Below are positions 1-7,340 of a DNA stretch of 20,000 bases, piece by piece; position 1 is the stretch's first letter, and the number at the start of each line of letters is the position of its first letter. Made by a program: the position numbers and the translations under genes. The notes below the pieces were generated by a model, which ran no database searches, had not been told where the DNA came from, and saw only the letters and a program-made list of their open reading frames with translations. Origin of the DNA: an uncultured virus (IMG/VR IMGVR_UViG_3300013005_000033) (taxonomy: Duplodnaviria; Heunggongvirae; Uroviricota; Caudoviricetes); the IMG/VR virus record IMGVR_UViG_3300013005_000033, positions 58,117-78,116 of that record; one strand, written 5' to 3'.

Positions 1-125
1 TCTGCCTTCGTCGGGCTGTTGAGTAAGATCAACGGAATCCGCGTGAAGGCAAGCGGGTTCAATGAATGCAGGAAGCCCACGGCTTCAGCGAGCCTGAGGG
101 CTCGCTGAAGCCGTGGGTAGTTCAC
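1..125 (+). mobile_element. 3' (right) end of an IS200/IS605-family (TnpB-type) element; upstream part lies outside the window
   Basis: GTAAGA...TCAATGAATGCAGGAAGCCCACGGCTTCAGC...CGTGGG-TAGTTCAC matches the layout I recognise for tnpB 3' ends. Subterminal perfect 19-bp hairpin (76-94/99-117) and TCAC terminus. Frame 1 reads ...NECRKPTASASLRAR* (stop at 108), a plausible TnpB tail. Confidence 0.75.
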
Positions 126-141
126 AATGAGCGCAGACAAC
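1..141 (+). ncRNA. Putative TnpB omega-RNA (reRNA) 3' scaffold plus flank-derived guide (126 to about 141)
   Basis: Stems GAATCCGC/GCGGGTTC and CCCACGGCTTCAGCGAGCC/GGCTCGCTGAAGCCGTGGG, then TAGTTCAC. TnpB omega-RNAs overlap the right end and take the guide from the flank. Confidence 0.55.
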
Positions 142-372
142 TTTGTCATCGTCCGCAAGTTTGAGGACGGGTGGCGTTGGGCCATGGGCTTCGCCACCCA
201 TTGTGTTGAAAACAACCTCTCTTTTGGAGAGGGGGTCAAGGACCGGAGTTTCGTCAACGGCCCATTCGGCACGATTGAAGATGCGTCAAGCCACGCCGAA
301 AAAGAACTCGGAATCATCGAGTACGGAATAATCGTGGACAACCATAAAGAGATCCATAATGACCACGCTTGA
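127..372 (+). CDS. Hypothetical phage protein, paralog of 5358-5576
   Basis: Shares MSADNFVxVRKFxDGWxWAMGFAT...FVNGPFGT...HAxKxLGIIEYGI with 5358-5576. Confidence 0.85.
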   Translation: MSADNFVIVRKFEDGWRWAMGFATHCVENNLSFGEGVKDRSFVNGPFGTIEDASSHAEKELGIIEYGIIVDNHKEIHNDHA

Positions 373-628
373 ATATTGGGTTGTTCGTGTGGCCTATTTG
401 GTCGAGGGCGCCGCCGGAGTCGCCGGACTGGCCGCTATGGTGCTTGTTCCTTGGATTCTTCTGATCGGGTTTGTTTCGTGCTGGCTTTGGCGCCGATCAA
501 AGTATTCAAAACTCCGTTCCGCCGTCAGGCGCCTCTTGGACGATGTCAACTCCCGCTACCCGGACAAGAACCCAAGGGAGTGGAGTTGTCCCTATATGCA
601 GGCCTTGGACGACATGACCCATACATGA
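359..628 (+). CDS. Membrane protein; C-terminal module shared with 5569-5853
   Basis: Hydrophobic stretch VAGLAAMVLVPWILLIGFVSCWLW, then RLLDDVNSRYPDKNPREWSCPYMQALDDMT. Confidence 0.8.
   Translation: MTTLEYWVVRVAYLVEGAAGVAGLAAMVLVPWILLIGFVSCWLWRRSKYSKLRSAVRRLLDDVNSRYPDKNPREWSCPYMQALDDMTHT
545..588 (+). repeat. 44-nt perfect direct repeat, second copy at 5761-5804
   Basis: GTCAACTCCCGCTACCCGGACAAGAACCCAAGGGAGTGGAGTTG at both sites. Confidence 0.95.
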
Positions 629-1002
629 AAAACCAAGCCATCAAACTCTTGCTGTGCCGGATGCACGAACTTTCTTGTTGGTATCGGACCAACTTCAGGA
701 ACCATAGCCAATTAGACGGCTACAGGTCCGAGTATGACTTGCACCAAGCCTACCTTGAGGAGATCGGATGCTCTTGCGTCCGTAGAGAGAAAATCATCGT
801 CCGAGAGTTCTTGCAGAATCCCGACAAACAAACCTTGGAATCCCTCGGGCTTCCGGAAGGACGATTCGTCGCTTTGGCCCACCCTTGGGAGGCGACTACG
901 ATCATACTTATACCCGAAGACCTCGCCATGAAGGCCGTCGTTCTCGGGGAGTTCCCGGCAATGGATGCGTTCGGGCAACCAAGGAGCCATCAACTTGCAT
1001 GA
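625..1002 (+). CDS. LGxP-family member 1
   Basis: ATGA overlap start; AYLEEIGC ... IPEDLAMKAVVLGEFP. Confidence 0.85.
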   Translation: MKNQAIKLLLCRMHELSCWYRTNFRNHSQLDGYRSEYDLHQAYLEEIGCSCVRREKIIVREFLQNPDKQTLESLGLPEGRFVALAHPWEATTIILIPEDLAMKAVVLGEFPAMDAFGQPRSHQLA

Positions 1003-1238
1003 GAGTCTATATCGTCATCGGAACGACGGAAGGCGTCTACCAAGACGAAATCGGCGGGCCTTTTCTCCCTCATCCCGACAAGGAAATCGTTGAAGTATTC
1101 TCAAAGCAGGAGGATGCGGAGAATTTCGTCAAGAACAGGAAGTTGAAGAAGCCGGAAAGAGGGAGTTACGGCGACACCTCCTTCTACAAGGGCGGATACT
1201 ACGAACTTGAGGTAGAGGAACATGAAGTCAGAGGATGA
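999..1238 (+). CDS. Small hypothetical phage protein (MRVYIV...VFSKQEDAENF type)
   Basis: ATGA overlap; common phage pattern VYIV...EVFSxxEDA...EVEEHEV. Confidence 0.8.
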   Translation: MRVYIVIGTTEGVYQDEIGGPFLPHPDKEIVEVFSKQEDAENFVKNRKLKKPERGSYGDTSFYKGGYYELEVEEHEVRG

Positions 1239-1539
1239 CGACGGACGCTATTTGCTCTTGGGAGGAAGATCCTCGCCCGGCCCTCTGTCGGCTCAAGGCC
1301 CCATCTACGACAGGTTCCAGAATTTTTTGTACGACATGGTGGCCCTCGGTACGCCGCAGCCGAAGGGGAGGGCGGATGCCTTGAAGACGAGACTAGAGGG
1401 TGTCGGGGTCAGATTTTCAAATAACCCATGGCCTCCGACCCGAAAGCCAAACGAATGGGTGTTCGCATCGCCCTTCGGAGCGCACCTCGCAATTGACAAG
1501 GAAACCGCCGAGAAAATATTGGTGCTGGGACTGCCATGA
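1222..1539 (+). CDS. LGxP-family member 2
   Basis: GAGG RBS; ends IDKETAEKILVLGLP*. Confidence 0.85.
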   Translation: MKSEDDDGRYLLLGGRSSPGPLSAQGPIYDRFQNFLYDMVALGTPQPKGRADALKTRLEGVGVRFSNNPWPPTRKPNEWVFASPFGAHLAIDKETAEKILVLGLP

Positions 1540-1850
1540 GAGACCTTATTGACATCGTAAAGATCGCAAATCAGCATCCCCACCAAGGCTATCCGAGGAA
1601 AATGAAGGTCTATGACATTCTTCAAAGAAAGTATACCGAATCCTTTGAAAACAAAGAGATGGATGTGTTCAGCCATGTGGCCTACGCAATGGCAAAGACG
1701 AAGTGGCACGAATATCTCAAGTCGCTCGGCATGACTTTTGACATAGAGGAAGGCATACTTGATCCTTCCTGTCATCTGGAATGGCAGCAGAGATGGATCA
1801 AGATTTCCGAAGAAACGATGAACAAGATATTGACATTGGGGTTGCCATGA
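1536..1850 (+). CDS. LGxP-family member 3
   Basis: WHEYLKSLG ... ISEETMNKILTLGLP*. Confidence 0.85.
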   Translation: MRDLIDIVKIANQHPHQGYPRKMKVYDILQRKYTESFENKEMDVFSHVAYAMAKTKWHEYLKSLGMTFDIEEGILDPSCHLEWQQRWIKISEETMNKILTLGLP

Positions 1851-2140
1851 GATGGGAAAGACGATCCATATCAAAACTTGAACTGATTCTTCGCGAGAGG
1901 TTTTCAAAACTGCACGCAGAACGCTTGCCCGTGACCGTCGGCCGGCACTTGAACATCGTCAAGGAGTGGACCAAGCTCCTTGAGGAATCGGGATGTCTTT
2001 TTTCTTCAAAGGGCTGTCTCGTGGAGCCCGTGAATCATCCGAAGGGATTCGTCGTCGTGTCCGACCCCATCAAGTGTAGGACGATTGCCGTTCCGGAAGA
2101 ACTCGCCTTGAAGGCGATCGTTTTTGGGGAGATCCCGTGA
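1847..2140 (+). CDS. LGxP-family member 4, close paralog of 11436-11726
   Basis: ATGA start; WTKLLEESGC ... VPEELALKAIVFGEIP*. Confidence 0.85.
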   Translation: MRWERRSISKLELILRERFSKLHAERLPVTVGRHLNIVKEWTKLLEESGCLFSSKGCLVEPVNHPKGFVVVSDPIKCRTIAVPEELALKAIVFGEIP

Positions 2141-2502
2141 AAGAAAAACTCTACCAAATCCTCAACGACAAGTGGCTTGACATAGGTGTTCTCTGGCGAG
2201 CCACCTTCCGGCGTCAGATCGGCCTTGAAGGACTGCCCCGCAAAACAAACAGAGGACAATTTGATCAACATTTGTGGGACGAATACTTGCGGGAAATGAA
2301 CATAACCCATCCGGCGGTAGAGGTTCATTTCCTCGGAAGAGAGACCGAACATTACTTCATCGAGAACCCGGCGGCGAAGGAGAAGTTGGTGGGAGTCCCC
2401 AAAGAACTCGCCATGAAGGCCTTGGTGCTGGGGCACTTCCCCGACAGCCCCTCGATTGAGAAAATGCGGGACTGTTTCCATGAACCATCAAAAGCTCCTT
2501 GA
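2137..2502 (+). CDS. LGxP-family member 5 (PDSPS subfamily)
   Basis: GTGA start; KLYQILNDK, WDEYLREMN, VPKELAMKALVLGHFPDSPSIE. Confidence 0.85.
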   Translation: MKEKLYQILNDKWLDIGVLWRATFRRQIGLEGLPRKTNRGQFDQHLWDEYLREMNITHPAVEVHFLGRETEHYFIENPAAKEKLVGVPKELAMKALVLGHFPDSPSIEKMRDCFHEPSKAP

Positions 2503-2794
2503 AATATTCATCGCCAAATTGGACAAGGTCTGTCCGCCGAAGAGCGGACAGAATGTCCGCAATGACGCTTGGTGGTCAATCATAGAGAAGTATGGATGCA
2601 AGATGATACCATCTGGGCAAATAGCGGACCTGGTCAACAACGGACCGAACGACTATGTGTGCATGAAGTCTTTCAATGTATCGGTGGTGAATGCCCACTG
2701 GGTGCTTGTTCCCAAGGAACTTGCTTTGAAGGCCCTGACGCTCGAATACCTTCCCGACAGCCCCTCGGCAGAAAGACCTCGTGAATCCACATGA
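2480..2794 (+). CDS. LGxP-family member 6 (PDSPS subfamily)
   Basis: WWSIIEKYGC, VPKELALKALTLEYLPDSPS. Confidence 0.8.
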   Translation: MNHQKLLEIFIAKLDKVCPPKSGQNVRNDAWWSIIEKYGCKMIPSGQIADLVNNGPNDYVCMKSFNVSVVNAHWVLVPKELALKALTLEYLPDSPSAERPREST

Positions 2795-3255
2795 CAAAAG
2801 ACAAACTCTACCACATCCTCAACGAGAAGTTGTTTGACATCGCCGATCTGTACAAAGGTCACGAGTTGGAGCATTCCCGGCCTGGGCCGAAGCCGAACTG
2901 GATGCCCGTTATCTCAAGTGCGATAAAAGGAATCTTCACAGAACAGTTTGATCTTGAAATCTGGAAATTGTATCTTGAGGAGATTGGAGTTATCAAATTT
3001 GTTCGCTCCGGATGGTTCAGGGAGAACGATATGGAGGACGAAATCGAGAACCTCTCCTTCGCGGACCTCCAGGGCCAGAAGGTTGATATTGAATGGATCA
3101 AAGAAAATCTTACGATAATTCCGGATCCGCTCGCACAGTTTCATAGGGTCGGAATCCCCAACGAACTCGCCACGAAGGCGTTGGCCCTCGGGTACTTCCC
3201 CGACAGCCCCTCAATTGAAAGAATGCGGGAGGCCTCCCTTGGACACAGCGGATGA
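2791..3255 (+). CDS. LGxP-family member 7 (PDSPS subfamily)
   Basis: KLYHILNEKLFDIADL, WKLYLEEIG, IPNELATKALALGYFPDSPSIE. Confidence 0.85.
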   Translation: MTKDKLYHILNEKLFDIADLYKGHELEHSRPGPKPNWMPVISSAIKGIFTEQFDLEIWKLYLEEIGVIKFVRSGWFRENDMEDEIENLSFADLQGQKVDIEWIKENLTIIPDPLAQFHRVGIPNELATKALALGYFPDSPSIERMREASLGHSG

Positions 3256-3532
3256 ACTGTACGAACTGTACAAAATGCTTGAGAGGAGACACCGCGACCT
3301 CATGGTCTTCTTCAGCAATATTTGTTGCGATCCGAACCGCTGGCCGATACATTTGAGGCCGATCTGGGACAAGTACTTGCTGAGTCTGGATTGCAAAAAA
3401 GGCCTCCAACCAGGCGACTTCCTGTACATCCCCAGTCCCTCGAACGAATGGAAGGAGACGGTAGCCTTCCCCAAGGATGTGGCGTTCAAAGCCTTGGTTC
3501 TCGGCGAACTGCCGGAAATGGACCTGGAATGA
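3239..3532 (+). CDS. LGxP-family member 8 (start uncertain)
   Basis: TTG start after GGAGG; WDKYLLSLDC, FPKDVAFKALVLGELP. Confidence 0.75.
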   Translation: MDTADELYELYKMLERRHRDLMVFFSNICCDPNRWPIHLRPIWDKYLLSLDCKKGLQPGDFLYIPSPSNEWKETVAFPKDVAFKALVLGELPEMDLE

Positions 3533-3840
3533 CAGACAAGATCAACGACGAGACATACAGGCTTCTCAAGAAGAGGTTTGACGAACTGGCGGGTGTCATG
3601 GGCTTAAAGGGTCGCCTTGGCGATCTTTGGCTCAACTACCTTGAGGGCTTGGGATGCGCCGTAGTTGAAAACATTCGCCCAACCAACCCACCTTCGGAAT
3701 CGGAGAACTTCGTGGTCTGTCGCAACCCATCAAGCCCCCCGTTCGGCAAAGGGTTTGTCGAGGAGGTGCGGATTCCCAAGGAGACCGCGCTCAAGGCTAT
3801 TTTGATAAGCGATTTTCCACCCGGAACCCAGCAAAAATGA
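3529..3840 (+). CDS. LGxP-family member 9
   Basis: YRLLKKRFDEL, WLNYLEGLGC, IPKETALKAILISDFP. Confidence 0.85.
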   Translation: MTDKINDETYRLLKKRFDELAGVMGLKGRLGDLWLNYLEGLGCAVVENIRPTNPPSESENFVVCRNPSSPPFGKGFVEEVRIPKETALKAILISDFPPGTQQK

Positions 3841-4166
3841 CAGACAAGATGAGCAAAAAGATATACGCGCTCTTGAAGAAGAGGTTTGACGACCTCATAG
3901 ACTTGTACATAAAAAAGAGCGGCTCGCTCTCCATCTGGACTCCAAACATAGACCAGATGTGGCGGGACTATCTTGACGAGATCGGGTGTTTACGATACCA
4001 CAGTTCAGATATTCTTGACCATGTCATTTCAAACATTGACGATTATGTGGTCTGTCTGAATCCCCAGAGTAGTTTCACGGGCTACATAGCGGTTCCCAAA
4101 GAGACCGCGTTCAAGGCCGTCGTCCTCGGCGAGTTTCCGGAGATTTCGTTTGAGGTTGCGAAATGA
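3837..4166 (+). CDS. LGxP-family member 10, tandem paralog of member 9
   Basis: YALLKKRFDDL, WRDYLDEIGC, VPKETAFKAVVLGEFP. Confidence 0.85.
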   Translation: MTDKMSKKIYALLKKRFDDLIDLYIKKSGSLSIWTPNIDQMWRDYLDEIGCLRYHSSDILDHVISNIDDYVVCLNPQSSFTGYIAVPKETAFKAVVLGEFPEISFEVAK

Positions 4167-4450
4167 ATTCTGAAATGGGCTCCACCAAGCTGCACCAACT
4201 TCTAGAGGAGAAGTGGGAAAAGGTGTTTGGACAGTACCGCTCCCTCCAAAAATGGGCGGAATATATCAACGAGATGGGCTTCAAGACAACAAGAATCGTA
4301 TATGCTCCCGACGGACATGCCGCATATGCGATGAAATTTCCCGACCACGAGGATGTCTTCTTCGTCCTTGATCCATTGAGCAAATTGCATCTCATTTCAA
4401 TTCCCAAGGAAGTCGCCTTCAAGGTTCTGGCCTTGGGAGGGTTCCCGTGA
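4163..4450 (+). CDS. LGxP-family member 11
   Basis: KLHQLLEEKW, WAEYINEMG, IPKEVAFKVLALGGFP*. Confidence 0.85.
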   Translation: MNSEMGSTKLHQLLEEKWEKVFGQYRSLQKWAEYINEMGFKTTRIVYAPDGHAAYAMKFPDHEDVFFVLDPLSKLHLISIPKEVAFKVLALGGFP

Positions 4451-5361
4451 ATGAAAAACTCTATGACATCCTGAACAAGAAACTTTTTGACATCGCGGAC
4501 TTGCACTACGAAAAAGCCAATTCTCCGCACCGCCAAGAACCCCGCCACGAGCGCCTTGGCAAAAAGATTGTTTCTAGTTCCCCGGTTTCTACCTCGTTTG
4601 GCCCGAAGATCATGTTCCCCAAGCATGTTTGGCGCTCATATCTCGACGAGATGGGAATCGTCAAAGCCGAGGGGGTTGAACAGCGAGTCCTTCCTGTCGG
4701 AAAATTTTTGATCGTGGCGGATCCTCTTGTTGCATACGAAAAGTTGGGCGTCCCCGAAGAACTCGCCATGAAGGCCTTAGCCCTTGGATACTTCCCCGAC
4801 AGCCCCTCAATCGAGAATATGCGGGAGACAGCCTTAGAAGAACCAGTTTACACGATCAAAAGTCGGGGCTATAATGCTCTAGGAAAAACTCAAATGATCT
4901 ACCTCGTGCTTGCAGTCGCGCTACTTCTCGCCATCCCGATAGGGCTGGAATGCTTGTTCGCCTATCTCATGGACGACGCCGAGAAAAACCGCCACCTTCG
5001 GGAAACAAGTGATAAAATCATGAAAGAAAATCGCCATGACGCTCTCCTTGAGGCCGCGACGCGACTTTATGAGTGCGATTTTTGGAAGCCAACTAGAATG
5101 TCGGAGGATGAGGCATCTAAGGCGTGGGAGGCGTTGCGTGACGCAATTGGGCTTTCGCCGGGAACAGCCACTCAGTGCGACGGGCGCATCGGCTCCTCGA
5201 CTAATGGAGCCTCATCTCTCACCGACGCGGAGCGGGCTGCGATCCTTTTCTTCGTAGACAAGCATCGCAAAATCCAGAAGGATGGCGAAAATTACTGCTG
5301 TATTGAGGCGAGTCTGCACGCCGATGCGCTTCAGGGCTTGCTTGAAAGGGAGTCCCGTTGA
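4447..5361 (+). CDS. LGxP-family member 12 (PDSPS subfamily), in frame with a downstream membrane-anchored module
   Basis: KLYDILNKKLFDIADL, WRSYLDEMG, VPEELAMKALALGYFPDSPSIE; no stop before the internal promoter, RBS and ATG 4894. Confidence 0.75.
   Translation: MNEKLYDILNKKLFDIADLHYEKANSPHRQEPRHERLGKKIVSSSPVSTSFGPKIMFPKHVWRSYLDEMGIVKAEGVEQRVLPVGKFLIVADPLVAYEKLGVPEELAMKALALGYFPDSPSIENMRETALEEPVYTIKSRGYNALGKTQMIYLVLAVALLLAIPIGLECLFAYLMDDAEKNRHLRETSDKIMKENRHDALLEAATRLYECDFWKPTRMSEDEASKAWEALRDAIGLSPGTATQCDGRIGSSTNGASSLTDAERAAILFFVDKHRKIQKDGENYCCIEASLHADALQGLLERESR
4847..4875 (+). promoter_or_regulatory. Sigma70-type promoter TTTACA-N17-TATAAT
   Basis: TTTACA at 4847-4852, 17-nt spacer, TATAAT at 4870-4875, then AGGA RBS and ATG 4894. 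Confidence 0.75.
4894..5361 (+). CDS. Probable independently initiated membrane-anchored protein with C-terminal LTDAERAAI...LQGLLER module
   Basis: Own promoter and RBS; N-terminal hydrophobic MIYLVLAVALLLAIPIGL. Confidence 0.6.
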   Translation: MIYLVLAVALLLAIPIGLECLFAYLMDDAEKNRHLRETSDKIMKENRHDALLEAATRLYECDFWKPTRMSEDEASKAWEALRDAIGLSPGTATQCDGRIGSSTNGASSLTDAERAAILFFVDKHRKIQKDGENYCCIEASLHADALQGLLERESR

Positions 5362-5576
5362 GCGCCGACAACTTCGTGGTCGTCCGCAAATTTGATGACG
5401 GGTGGTATTGGGCCATGGGATTCGCCACCAACTATGTGGAAAACGACAAGCCCTTTGAGGCAATTGAACCAGATCAGTTCGTAAATGGCCCGTTCGGCAC
5501 GGCCGAAGAAGCCGAGGAACACGCCAGCAAGGATTTGGGAATCATAGAGTACGGAATAGTGGTGAGTCATGATTGA
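5358..5576 (+). CDS. Hypothetical protein, paralog of 127-372
   Basis: TTG start after GGGAG; clear similarity to 127-372. Confidence 0.85.
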   Translation: MSADNFVVVRKFDDGWYWAMGFATNYVENDKPFEAIEPDQFVNGPFGTAEEAEEHASKDLGIIEYGIVVSHD

Positions 5577-5853
5577 AAAACAAGTCCCCCTGCACGAGCT
5601 TCTGGCGTCCGTCCCGGAAGACCACCGATTGGTCATCCACGGGGAGGGAAGATACCCGTCCAGCACCAGCATCCCTGTGGGAAGGCTGTGCCAAGAGGCA
5701 TCCAAGGAGTTAGAGAAACAATTTGAACTCCGTTTCGCCGTCAAGAGACTCCTGGATGACGTCAACTCCCGCTACCCGGACAAGAACCCAAGGGAGTGGA
5801 GTTGCCCCTACATGCAGGCTTTGGACGACATGACACGCGAGAAAACGATATGA
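5569..5853 (+). CDS. Hypothetical protein; C-terminal module shared with 359-628
   Basis: LRFAVKRLLDDVNSRYPDKNPREWSCPYMQALDDMT. Confidence 0.85.
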   Translation: MIEKQVPLHELLASVPEDHRLVIHGEGRYPSSTSIPVGRLCQEASKELEKQFELRFAVKRLLDDVNSRYPDKNPREWSCPYMQALDDMTREKTI

Positions 5854-5869
5854 AAAGGACTTAAATTGT

Positions 5870-6082
5870 ATGGAATCAAAAATTGAAAAACTTGTGGATT
5901 ACCTTCGGGCGGATGGGCATGACGACGATGCGGAAGCCTTGATTGTCGTGGATCATCTTATGAGGGAATATGCCTTCTCACATGAGCCTATGGAAGAAAA
6001 TGCAAAGATCTTTTCCCAACTACTGCAAGATTTAGTAGCGGATTGGATGGGAGGTGAAAGATGCAGATCGGTGACAAGATAA
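5870..6082 (+). CDS. Hypothetical protein
   Basis: AGGA upstream; fills the gap in the + strand array. Confidence 0.7.
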   Translation: MESKIEKLVDYLRADGHDDDAEALIVVDHLMREYAFSHEPMEENAKIFSQLLQDLVADWMGGERCRSVTR

Positions 6083-6468
6083 AGGGCGTTTCCAACCGAT
6101 TCGAGGACTTCGTGGGATCGTTCAACAAGAGCGAAATGGAGCCCGACCCGAATTCGGAGTACATCTACGACCACCACATCGTCTTCTGCGAGGAGGCTCC
6201 GTACAATATTCCTACGGAATACGCTTGTGGTGGACGCAAGATCGCAGTCAATGTCAGGAAGCAAGATGAGCGATGGTCTTCCCGGTACACCTTCAATTTC
6301 ATAGACGACGAGGCCAAGAGGGAGTATCACACCTACTACGGGTGGAGCCTCATCCCCCACACCTCCGAGAACCTGATGAGGCTTGAGGAGATCAAGTGGC
6401 TCAACGAGCAGATCAATCAGTTCGGAATTCGCATAGGGGCGGTCAGGAAAGAAATGGGGCATCTTTAA
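6061..6468 (+). CDS. Hypothetical phage protein
   Basis: GGAGGT RBS; MQIGDKIK start typical of small phage proteins. Confidence 0.8.
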   Translation: MQIGDKIKGVSNRFEDFVGSFNKSEMEPDPNSEYIYDHHIVFCEEAPYNIPTEYACGGRKIAVNVRKQDERWSSRYTFNFIDDEAKREYHTYYGWSLIPHTSENLMRLEEIKWLNEQINQFGIRIGAVRKEMGHL

Positions 6469-6565
6469 TGACTTCCTCTTGTTGCCCGAGGAACTCGCCC
6501 TCAAGATGATGGTTTTGGAATGTCCGATTTTGGCCGACAGGATCACAAACGATGAAGTCAAGTAG
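6437..6565 (+). pseudogene. Out-of-frame remnant of the LGxP-family C-terminal motif
   Basis: The frame after TAG 6434-6436 reads GRSGKKWGIFNDFLLLPEELALKMMVLECPILADRITNDEVK*, with no convincing start. Confidence 0.6.
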
Positions 6566-6881
6566 AAAGATCACATTTCACGCCGAATGCGAAAACTGCG
6601 GCGGAACCGGACTATATCGGGGTTTCATGGAGGCCCCAGATAAAGCAGTGGTCTGCATAACTTGCAGAGGCACCGGGTGTAATGTCTTAAATCTCAAGCC
6701 CTTTGAGGGCAGAAAGAAAAAGAGGGGCGTCAAAAAGTTTAGGTTCGGTTCGGGAACAATTCTAAATTCGCCAAGCAGCCCTAGTGGCCGTGACTACGAG
6801 TGGTTCCCGTACAAGGAGTTTCTCAAAAAAGTGCCCGAAATGGCAATTAAGGCGGTCAAAAAGGTCGCCAAGAAAAAGTAG
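6552..6881 (+). CDS. DnaJ-type CxxCxGxG zinc-finger phage protein
   Basis: CENCGGTG and CITCRGTG repeats; basic C-terminus. Confidence 0.8.
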   Translation: MKSSRKITFHAECENCGGTGLYRGFMEAPDKAVVCITCRGTGCNVLNLKPFEGRKKKRGVKKFRFGSGTILNSPSSPSGRDYEWFPYKEFLKKVPEMAIKAVKKVAKKK

Positions 6882-6888
6882 AACTCCC

Positions 6889-7197
6889 ATGACATACCAG
6901 CAAAAATGCGAGAAGTTCAGGAAGTTGATATACGAAGCCAACGGCCTCAAATTCCCGCCCACGCCCAGGTTGGCGCCCATATCCGAGCCGATACGGTGCC
7001 GATGGAAGAATCCAGAGGAACTTGCCGAGTACTTGGAATCATGGGGAGGCAGGTTGGTGCGAACTTGCAGAAGGAGAAGGGGCTATCTTGTAGTTAATCT
7101 TGAGGAGGGCATGGAGCCTGTCGGTCGCAGCCCGTCCATAGCGGAAGTGCCCATGGATTTCGCCACGAAAGTGCTCGTGATGGGAGGATTTCCTTGA
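6889..7197 (+). CDS. LGxP-family member 13
   Basis: LAEYLESWGG, VPMDFATKVLVMGGFP*. Confidence 0.8.
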   Translation: MTYQQKCEKFRKLIYEANGLKFPPTPRLAPISEPIRCRWKNPEELAEYLESWGGRLVRTCRRRRGYLVVNLEEGMEPVGRSPSIAEVPMDFATKVLVMGGFP

Positions 7198-7200
7198 AAT

Positions 7201-7340
7201 AACCACCGCCGTCAACTTGAGGAGTCGTCAACCTCGGGAGCCGGATGACTCACACCGGCTAGTCCGTCAAATGACCACCGAATTCCCGGGTTAGTGGTCA
7301 GCCAGGTAACTAGGTGCGGACAACGGTGGCGGCGGTGGTT
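7201..7340 (+). ncRNA. Candidate structured ncRNA: multi-way junction with loop-loop pseudoknot; family not recognised
   Basis: 14-bp closing stem 7201-7214/7327-7340 enclosing several stems; loops AGTCGT and ATGACT are complementary; fills one of the largest intergenic gaps in the array. Confidence 0.6.

Noticed and set aside
376..624. Long N-terminal extensions in the ORF track (376, 885, 1781, 3322, 6784, 7627, 10900, 11322, 11660, 12243)
   Set aside because: They overlap upstream genes. The true starts are more likely the RTGA-overlap or nearby downstream ATG/GTG codons, which give family-typical lengths.
6434..6436. Stop-codon reassignment (TAG readthrough) explaining the stranded motif
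   Set aside because: The same frame has TGA stops further upstream, and TAG, TAA and TGA all end plausible genes elsewhere in the window.
7201..7340. SRP RNA, tRNA or simple rho-independent terminator
   Set aside because: Lacks the SRP helix-8 CAGG...GNRA...AGCA motif and tRNA T-loop/cloverleaf dimensions; too complex for a terminator and has only a short T run.
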